From an uncultured Solirubrobacterales bacterium (GTDB taxonomy: Bacteria > Actinomycetota > Thermoleophilia > Solirubrobacterales > Solirubrobacteraceae), in NCBI GenBank assembly GCA_963767295.1, contig CAVYDI010000001.1, positions 47,820 through 111,819 of the forward strand: 64,000 bases of DNA, written 5' to 3'. Every line of letters begins with the position of its first letter. Position 1 is the first letter of the stretch. Made by a program: the position numbers and the translations under genes. This document shows, one piece after another, positions 56,876-64,000 of this stretch. The notes under the pieces were generated by a model that ran no database searches, was not told where the DNA came from, and saw nothing but the letters and a program-made list of their open reading frames with translations.

Positions 56876-56916
56876 TCTCTAGGTATATCAGATTCTCATT
56901 TGTTAAGTGATTCGTG
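56871..56916. promoter_or_regulatory. 46-bp divergent-promoter/operator segment, copy A
   Basis: 36/46 ungapped identity to 63439..63484; abuts the ABC ATPase start codon. Confidence 0.7.
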
Positions 56917-57088
56917 GAACCAACAATTATATAGACGGGCTTGTTTTGTCGATTTCCGGTGCGCTATCGGTACGCGCGACCCTCCCGCGTCACATCCTTG
57001 CAACACCGCGAAGCCTGCAGTAGGGTGGCCGAGTCTCCGGGGCGCCGGTGACCGCTGGGGCAAGCATCGGATCAAAGGAGAGATCGAG

Positions 57089-57535
57089 ATGAGTGATGAG
57101 CGGTTCGAGGAACTCGGCATTCCGCGCCGCAGGTTCCTGAAGCGCAGCGCGGCCGCGGCGTTTGTCGCCCCGGCGGTGGTGTCATTCGCGCTCGACGGCG
57201 TGGCCGAGGGAGACACGGCCCATCGCAATGGCACCTTCACGGACCAGCGGTGCGCCAACCAGAGCTTTCCGAACCAGGCCTATGTCGAGGACAGCCTCGT
57301 CTCGGTCATCCGGGGGGCACTGCTCGGTGTGCCGGCGTGCGACATCAGCCATGCCGAGGCGAAGAAGATCGGACAACTTGCCTATGACGCGGCGTGGGCG
57401 GCGGCGGTCGATTCGTCCGACATGTGCGGGGAGATCAAAGAGCTCATAAGCGAGATCAACAAGCTCAACAAACCCGGGCTGAAGTCGGAGCTCCTTTACT
57501 ACGCGAGACAGGCGCGCATAACCGCGGGGTGCTAG
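57089..57535 (+). CDS. Twin-arginine-leader protein, candidate modified substrate/precursor
   Basis: AAAGGAG RBS; RRRFLKR.AAAAFVAPAVVSF leader; NGT and NQS sequons; four Cys. Confidence 0.75.
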   Translation: MSDERFEELGIPRRRFLKRSAAAAFVAPAVVSFALDGVAEGDTAHRNGTFTDQRCANQSFPNQAYVEDSLVSVIRGALLGVPACDISHAEAKKIGQLAYDAAWAAAVDSSDMCGEIKELISEINKLNKPGLKSELLYYARQARITAGC

Positions 57536-57585
57536 CTCGAGCGCCGTTTGGCGGCGACGGGCTCAGGGCGCAAGGTTGACTTGTA

Positions 57586-58755
57586 GTGCTGCTCAGCGCC
57601 GCGCTCATCGTCCGTGACGAAGCCGGGGTGCTCGAGGACTGTCTGGCGTCGGTCCGGGCCGTCGTAGACGAGATAGTCGTGGTCGACACGGGCTCGCGCG
57701 ACAGCTCGCCCGAGATCGCGGCGCGCTTTGGCGCCCGCGTGATCCACCATCGCTGGAGCGATGACTTTGCCGAGGCCCGCAATGTCGGCCTCGAGGCCGC
57801 CCGCGGCGAGTGGATCCTCTACATCGACGCCGACGAGCGACTGGCCCCCGTCGACCCCGCAGCGGTACGACGACTTCTGAGCGGCGCTCCTGAGGTTGCC
57901 TTTCGGCTGGGGCTGCGTCCCGATTTGCGGTCCACCCCGTATCGGGAATACCGGCTGTGGCGCCACGATCCGCGCATCCGCTTCCGGGGCCGGATCCACG
58001 AAAAGGTCACGCCCGCGATCGCCGCCGTCGCCGCGGCCGACGGCCGGCCGATCAGCGACTGCGAGCTGTTGCTGACCCACATCGGCTACGAGGGCGACCA
58101 GACCCATAAGCACCGGCGCAACCTGCCTCTGCTGCGGGCCCAGCTCGCGCGTGAACCAGACAATCTCTTCAACCGCCACCACCTCGCGCGCGTGCTGCAG
58201 GGGCTGGGAGAAAACGATGAGGCTGCCAGCGTGCTCGAGGCCGGAGTTGAGCTCGCGCGGCGGAGACCACGCGACCCGCTCGGTGTGCTGGTGTTCACCG
58301 ATCTCGTGCGCGTGCGCCGCGCGCGCGGAGATGACATCACCGAGCTGCTGGCCGAAGGGCGCCGCCGCTACCCGAACAACAAGCTGCTGTGGTGGATCGA
58401 GGCGGCCACGAACGTCAAGTCCGGCCGCTATGTCGAAGCGCTCGCGCTGCTCGACCGGCTGGTGGCGGTTGACCTGTCGGCGCTGGCGCCCGATGAGCCC
58501 GCCTACGACGAGCGCATCTTCAAGGACTTCGCCCAGGAAGCGCGCGGGGCTTGCCTGTTTCATTTGGGCCGCTACGCGGAAGCCGCCGCCGCCTACGCCG
58601 AGGCGATGCGGATTGACCCTTCCGAACTCGGGTACCGCGCCAAGTGGATGGCCGCGCTTGGGCGGGCGGGGCCGGATCAGGAGGGGTCGGGCAGCTTGGC
58701 TCGGGCGCAAGGCGCAGCGGGCTCGACTAGCCCGGCGGACATACTGCGCGCCTGA
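57586..58755 (+). CDS. GT2 glycosyltransferase with C-terminal TPRs
   Basis: LIVRDE, DEIVVVDTGS.D, W.DDFA.ARN, WILYIDADE, HIGY; TPR helices. Confidence 0.92.
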   Translation: MLLSAALIVRDEAGVLEDCLASVRAVVDEIVVVDTGSRDSSPEIAARFGARVIHHRWSDDFAEARNVGLEAARGEWILYIDADERLAPVDPAAVRRLLSGAPEVAFRLGLRPDLRSTPYREYRLWRHDPRIRFRGRIHEKVTPAIAAVAAADGRPISDCELLLTHIGYEGDQTHKHRRNLPLLRAQLAREPDNLFNRHHLARVLQGLGENDEAASVLEAGVELARRRPRDPLGVLVFTDLVRVRRARGDDITELLAEGRRRYPNNKLLWWIEAATNVKSGRYVEALALLDRLVAVDLSALAPDEPAYDERIFKDFAQEARGACLFHLGRYAEAAAAYAEAMRIDPSELGYRAKWMAALGRAGPDQEGSGSLARAQGAAGSTSPADILRA

Positions 58756-58756
58756 A

Positions 58757-60001
58757 GTGGATATCGAGCGCCTGATCGTGCTCGCGCCCATCGAGCCGGC
58801 CCCAACCGGCAACGGCTTGGCGATGCGAACCCAGCTGTTCTGCCGCTCAGTCCCGCGCGGAGTTGACGTACTGAGCGTGGTTGTGCCGGTTGCAGGACGG
58901 CTATTTCGCCGTCTGGCATTGAGGGGGGTGAGGATCGTTCCGAGCGCTAACACGGAGGCCCGTGCGGGCGTACGTGCGCTCGTGGAGAGCGGGGTCTGGC
59001 GCAACCGGCTGCAGCGCGCGGGCGCTCTCCCCCACCTCGCGCGCGCGGCCTCGCCCGGGCTGGCCGACGCGGTGCTGGCCGCGTGCGAGGTGTCGGGTGG
59101 CGAACGGATCGCCCTGCACGTGATGCGCTCCTATCTGGCGCCGCTTGGGGTCGCCCTCGCTGAGCGGCTGCCCGCAGCCTGGGTCACGCTCGACCTCGAC
59201 GAAGACGACGCGCAATACGAGCGCGAACGCGATGACGCCGATGAGGCCGCCGCCTACGAACGTCTGCTGGGCGTGTTCGCGCCTTGCTTTGACGGCCTAT
59301 GCGCTGCAGCGGCCGCAGAGGCCGAGGCGATATCGCGCCGCCACGAGCTGGCGATCGAGCCGATCCCAAACGCTGTACGGCTCCCCCGCCCGCGTCCAGG
59401 ACGAGCCGATCGGCCCGAGGGGGTCGCTGGCCGCGACCCGGTGTCACTCCTCTTCGTTGGCAACCTCACATACGCGCCCAACATCGAGGCGGCACGGACA
59501 CTGGTGGAGGAGATCCTGCCGCGGCTCAGGCGCGCGCTTGGGGACGTGGTGCGCGTGACGCTGGCGGGGCGCCACGGTCACGAGCTGCTGGCGCTGGGGG
59601 GCGAGGCCGTCGAGCTGGCGGGCTACGTGCCCAACCTGGCGCCCCTGTACGCGTCGGCTGACGCAGTCGTCGCGCCGCTGAAGACGGGCGCCGGCACCCG
59701 CATAAAGGTCCTCGAGGCATTCGCGCGCGGGGTTCCGGTGGTCGCTTCTCCAGCCGCCGTGGCCGGCTTGGAGGTCGTCGACGGGCGCCAAGTACTAGTG
59801 GCTGCCGACTCTGAGCAGGCCGCGGATGCGATCGTGCGGGTGGTCACGGAGAAAGGCTTGGCTGCCCGGCTCGTGGGTGAGGCTCGCCAGCTGGTCCGGG
59901 ATCGCTACTCACTCGAGGTGGTGATCCCGAGCATCCAGGAATTCTTTAACCGCGCCGCCAAGCGCGCGCGGAGCCGCGCTCAGCTGTCGGCGCCGGCGTG
60001 A
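58757..60001 (+). CDS. GT4 (GT-B) glycosyltransferase
   Basis: LFVGNLTYAPN, PL..GAGTRIKVLEAFA.G.PVV. Confidence 0.9.
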   Translation: MDIERLIVLAPIEPAPTGNGLAMRTQLFCRSVPRGVDVLSVVVPVAGRLFRRLALRGVRIVPSANTEARAGVRALVESGVWRNRLQRAGALPHLARAASPGLADAVLAACEVSGGERIALHVMRSYLAPLGVALAERLPAAWVTLDLDEDDAQYERERDDADEAAAYERLLGVFAPCFDGLCAAAAAEAEAISRRHELAIEPIPNAVRLPRPRPGRADRPEGVAGRDPVSLLFVGNLTYAPNIEAARTLVEEILPRLRRALGDVVRVTLAGRHGHELLALGGEAVELAGYVPNLAPLYASADAVVAPLKTGAGTRIKVLEAFARGVPVVASPAAVAGLEVVDGRQVLVAADSEQAADAIVRVVTEKGLAARLVGEARQLVRDRYSLEVVIPSIQEFFNRAAKRARSRAQLSAPA

Positions 60002-60267
60002 GCCTCCCAGCGCACCAGATTGCGCTCGACCAGATCGTCGAGCCCCGCTCGAATGTCCTCGAGCGGCAGGGCGACCAACTCGAATGCTTCCGCCAGCACG
60101 CGCGCGATCGCCGGCAGGTCCCGGCTGCCGTCGCAGAGATCGAAGATCATCGCGGCCGAGGGGTTCAGGTGGTGGACCATGTCGTGGGCGGGGTCGTAGA
60201 CGACCAGGCCGTCCTCGGCCTCGTTGATCTCGAGTCCGGCGACCCGGCGGGGATTGGCGTCGCTCAT
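59980..60267 (-). CDS. PqqD-family protein (RiPP recognition element)
   Basis: DGLVVYDP....H.LNPSAAMIFDLCDG.R....IA..L..F.........L..L....LV. Confidence 0.88.
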   Translation of the reverse strand: MSDANPRRVAGLEINEAEDGLVVYDPAHDMVHHLNPSAAMIFDLCDGSRDLPAIARVLAEAFELVALPLEDIRAGLDDLVERNLVRWEAHAGADS

Positions 60268-60314
60268 CGTTGTCCTGGGTGCCTTTCGCGCGCGCACCGT
60301 AGCAGGGGCTTTTC

Positions 60315-62406
60315 TTGATCCCGCGCATAGCGCACTTCGTCTTCGGGCTCGGCGAGCAGCGCGAGCCATTTCACTTCCTGCACTACGTCTCGATCGAGTC
60401 CTGCCGGCGCGTGCTCGCGCCCGAGCGGATCTATTTCCACCACAAGCAACTGCCGTGGGGCCCCTGGTGGGAGCGCACCGCTCCCCACGTGACGCCCGTC
60501 GAGGTCGATCACGTACCGGCGGTGCTCGCCGCCGACTACGTGCCCAGCCGTGTGCCGGAGCGCTACCGCTACGCGCACCATGCCGACTTCCGCCGCCTGG
60601 AGGCGCTGATCGAGTACGGCGGGCTCTACGCCGATATCGACACCATCTTTTTGCGTCCGTTTCCGCTGGAGTTGTTCAGGGCTCCGTTCGTGATCGGGCG
60701 CGAAATCGAGGTGCGCGACGAGCTCACGGGCGAGCTGCGACCGTCGCTGTGCAACGCCCTGTTGCTGAGCGAGCCTAGGGCTGAGTTCGCCGTTGAGTGG
60801 AGGGCGCGTATGGCAGACGCCCTCAACGGAACCTGGAGCAACCACAGCGGCTTTTTGCCCGAGCGGCTGAGCAGACTCATGCCCACCACGGTGCGCATCG
60901 AGCCAGAGGCGAGCTTCTTTTCATTCCAGCCGACCGCCGCCGGCTTGTCGAAACTGCTCGAGCGGCGGGCGGAGGTTCCCGCGGAGGCACTCAGCATTCA
61001 TCTGTGGGCGCATCTGTGGTGGGAGCGAACCCGGCGCGACTTCAGCCAGGCCCATGCGGGCTGGTACACGCCGGCTCTGATTCAGGGGATCCCGACGACG
61101 CTCGCCGAAATCGTCAGGCCATATCTCCCTGAGCTGGTAGCTGCCCGGCGCCGTGGGGTGCGGGCACCCAGCACGGCTCCCAGACGTTGGCGATACCTGT
61201 TTTTGGACGAACACAGCGGCTACGGCGTCGCCGCACAGCGCTGCATCGATGCGCTGGTGGAATCCGGAGCCGAGCTTGAGGCGCTCCCATTCATCCCCGG
61301 CGAACGGTCACGGGTTTGCCTACCAGCCGGCACGGCCGCTGGCCTCGGCAGCCAGCGACGAGGCGGTTGTGGCCCATCTGGTGCCGGAGTACCTGGGGTT
61401 TGTCAGGGGTCGGCTCCCTGAGACCTTTCTCGTCAGCCACACAATCTGGGACACCGACCGACTCCCGGAGCACTGGGTTGCATTTCTCAACGAGGCCGAT
61501 CTGGTGGTGACGCCGTCGCGGTTCAGCGCCGAGGCGATGTCCCGCTCGCCCGTCACGACCCCGATCGAGGTGGTACCTCACGTGGCCCCGCAGCTGAGTG
61601 ACCAACCGTCGCTCAACTGGCCGCCTGTTGCCGACGGCACTTTCGTCTTTTACGCGATCGCCGAATGGACCGAGCGAAAGGCGCTCGAGCTGACCGTTGA
61701 GGCGTACCTGCGCGCGTTCGGCGCTCGAGATCGCGTCCTGCTCGTGATCAAGACCTCGGCCGCGGATCGACGTCGTCGCCGCGCGGCGCCGGGCTCCGCG
61801 GTGGAAGGAACGGCGGCCTGGGCGCTAGCCCGGCTGCTCGCTGGTCATCAGGACCCACCCGCGGTCAACCTGATCACCCGGGACCTGACAAACGCCGAGA
61901 TCGAGGCCCTGCATCGGCGCGGCGACTGCTTCGTTTCTTTGACCCGCTCCGAGGGTTTTGGCCTCGGTTCCTTCGACGCAGCCGCGCACGGCAACCCCGT
62001 GGTGATCACCGGCTTCGGAGGCCAGCTCGACTATCTGGCCGGCGCTCCGTACCTCGTGCGGTTCGACCTCGTCCCGGTGGAAGATCCGATGGGCTATCCC
62101 AGCTTCGCGCCCGATCAGCGATGGGCGCAGCCGGACATCGACCACGCCGCGTCCCTCATGCGGGCGGTGGCGCAAAAGCCGGATGAGGCCAGACAGGCGT
62201 GCGGGCCGCTGGCTGCCGAGATCCGGGACCGGTTCCGCCCGGAAGCGGTCGCCGCGGCCTTCCGCGGTGCGGTCGAGCGCCACATTCGCCGAGAGCGCAA
62301 ACGACCGCCACCGACGGGATGGGAGCATCAGGCTATGAGTCCCTCACGGCGCAGAGTGCCTAGACACTCCTGCACCTCGGCCGCCGGCGAGTCGGGTAAT
62401 TCGTAA
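60315..62406 (+). CDS. Fused GT32-like (DXD) plus GT4-like glycosyltransferase, frameshift near 61300
   Basis: MIPRIAHFVF, H.ADF.RL..L..YGGLYADID; then SGYG.AA, W.ERK, SL.RSEGFGL...DAAA.G.PVV. Confidence 0.8.
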
Positions 62407-63401
62407 GTTCGCTGAATACGCTCGACGATTTGGGCGACCGAGTGCTCCCCCGTGCAGAGCTCGAACACGATCGCGGCGGTGTCGTTGAGACGGTGAGCGC
62501 GCTTGCGCCCGAGCTCGTAGACGATCAAGCCATCCGCGGCCTCGCGCAACTCGAGCCCCGGCGTTTGTACCGGGAAGGCTTTGAGCGCGGGCGCGCTTAG
62601 GCTCGTTACCCCCGGCCGAGCCAAGATCACCGGCATCGTGGCTGGCAATCCTGCGCGGCAGGCTGCAAGCGTCTCAGCCAGGGATGCCCGCCGCGAACGC
62701 ATTTCGTGGCCCAGCAGGTAGAGCTCTAAGCCGAGAGTCTGGTAGCTCGCCAGCGCAGCCTCCGGTTCGACGTCGCGAAGCTCGAGTTCCTCGGGCGAGA
62801 GCTCGGTTATCAGAAGCAGTTGCGGGTTTGCGGCGATGGTCCTCTGCAGGCCCTCGACGATGTCGTGGTCATAGCCCTGGGCGTCGGTTTTGACGACATC
62901 CACCTTCGCCGGCAGCACGTCGTCGAGCCGCACACAACGGACGCTCGTCGGCGCTTCCCCGAGGGGCACGAGGCGGTGCGCGCCTCGGTTTGTCTCGTTG
63001 AGCTCGAGCGCCATCTCGCCGGAGGCCGAATACGCAGCGAACGGCATCACCTGCGCGTTGGTGCACTCGTTGCGCACGAGGTTGCGCTGCAACAGGTCGC
63101 GATTGCGCGTCTCGGGCTCGACCGCAATCACGCTCCCATTGGTACCGACCAGCTTCGAGGCGAGGACGCTGAAATAACCGACGTGCGCGCCCACGTCGAC
63201 GAACGTATGCCCCGGGCGGAGGTTCGAGGCGAGCCAGGCGCCCACGTCCGGCTCCCATAGGCCGCCGTCGGCGAGCACCGCGGTGATCACCTCGTCGTGG
63301 CGGGGCAGCAGCAACGGTCCGACCGCCGTCTCTAGCTCCACAACGGGCTCGCTCGGGGGCGTCGAGAACGTGCTCCGCAGCGCATATTCGTCTTGGCTCA
63401 C
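62328..63401 (-). CDS. FkbM-family methyltransferase fused to a C-terminal PqqD/RRE domain
   Basis: FVDVGAHVGYF, AVEP, VKTDAQGYD; C-terminal DGLIVYE....HRLNDTAAIVFELCTG. Confidence 0.88.
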   Translation of the reverse strand: MSQDEYALRSTFSTPPSEPVVELETAVGPLLLPRHDEVITAVLADGGLWEPDVGAWLASNLRPGHTFVDVGAHVGYFSVLASKLVGTNGSVIAVEPETRNRDLLQRNLVRNECTNAQVMPFAAYSASGEMALELNETNRGAHRLVPLGEAPTSVRCVRLDDVLPAKVDVVKTDAQGYDHDIVEGLQRTIAANPQLLLITELSPEELELRDVEPEAALASYQTLGLELYLLGHEMRSRRASLAETLAACRAGLPATMPVILARPGVTSLSAPALKAFPVQTPGLELREAADGLIVYELGRKRAHRLNDTAAIVFELCTGEHSVAQIVERIQRTYELPDSPAAEVQECLGTLRREGLIA

Positions 63402-63438
63402 GGGAGAATCCTTTCATCGCGGTCGTGCACGCTCGACT

Positions 63439-63484
63439 AGCATTGTCTAGGATCATCAGATTCTCAGCGACTAAGTGATTAGTG
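63439..63484. promoter_or_regulatory. 46-bp divergent-promoter/operator segment, copy B
   Basis: 36/46 identity to 56871..56916; ends in the GTG start of the MarR gene. Confidence 0.7.
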
Positions 63485-63976
63485 ACTACAACGAAATCCC
63501 AGAGGATGGAGTTAATGCGCCGGCTCGGCGAGGAGATCCGCGCTGGTCAACGCACGGTCGACGTCGTCGACGACTTGGTGGCCGAGCTGATGGGCATCAA
63601 CCGAACCGACGCCCGCTGCATCGACATCCTCGAGCAGCACGGTCGCATGAGCGCCGGCGAGTTGGCCGGTTTCAGCGGCTTGACGACCGGGGCCGTGACC
63701 GCCGTAGTTGACCGGCTCGAACGGGCTGGCTACGCCGAACGCGCGCCTGACACCACCGATCGGCGGCGCGTGCTGGTTGAGTTGACCCCCGAGGCACGGG
63801 AGCTGATCTGGGAGCTGATGGGCCGCCCCATGCGCGAGGCAGCCGTGCCCATGATGAAGCGCTACTCCGACGCCGAGCTCGAGCTGCTGGCCGAGTTTCA
63901 CCGGCAGAGCCGGGAGCTGCAGGAGCGCCACGCGGAGTGGCTCAGGAGCCGCAAACCCCGCTCGGGCCACGGCTAA
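63482..63976 (+). CDS. MarR-family transcriptional regulator
   Basis: GIN.TD...ID.L, SAGELA..SGLTTGAVT.VVDRLE.AGY..R.PD..DRRRV.V.LT. Confidence 0.93.
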   Translation: MTTTKSQRMELMRRLGEEIRAGQRTVDVVDDLVAELMGINRTDARCIDILEQHGRMSAGELAGFSGLTTGAVTAVVDRLERAGYAERAPDTTDRRRVLVELTPEARELIWELMGRPMREAAVPMMKRYSDAELELLAEFHRQSRELQERHAEWLRSRKPRSGHG

Positions 63977-64000
63977 CGCGAGTGGCCCGAGCGGGGGCTA

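Noticed and set aside
56537-57088. 332-aa ORF including the twin-Arg protein
   Set aside because: The upstream part is antisense to the ABC ATPase; a strong RBS supports ATG 57089.
59980-60267. PQQ biosynthesis operon
   Set aside because: No pqqA/B/C/E in the window; the PqqD fold is treated as a generic RRE.

Overview
High-GC bacterial chromosomal window. Gene content (Ku, AddAB-type helicase-nuclease, gltBD, many Cys-rich secreted beta-proteins) suggests an actinobacterium of the Thermoleophilia/Solirubrobacterales type; this is an inference, no search was run. Core genes are gltB/gltD, Ku, ECF sigma-ogt, addAB, topB, parA, a MarP-type protease and an ABC-2 exporter. They are interleaved with about 20 secreted proteins, many of them paralogous pairs. 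No rRNA, tRNA, CRISPR array, transposase or integrase was recognised. About 11 frameshifts, mostly single-base, probably reflect long-read error. Most notable: (1) a 6.5-kb cluster with a twin-Arg-leader protein, three glycosyltransferase genes, two PqqD/RRE domains and an FkbM methyltransferase, bracketed by two copies of a 46-bp divergent MarR/ABC promoter segment; (2) two arrays 30 kb apart, each made of three abutting, loop-free, perfect 24-bp palindromes centred on CATG with compensatory differences between arrays; (3) a putative ~165-nt structured sRNA upstream of an aGPT-pyrophosphorylase-like gene, next to a 27-bp tandem repeat built from the gltD stop region.
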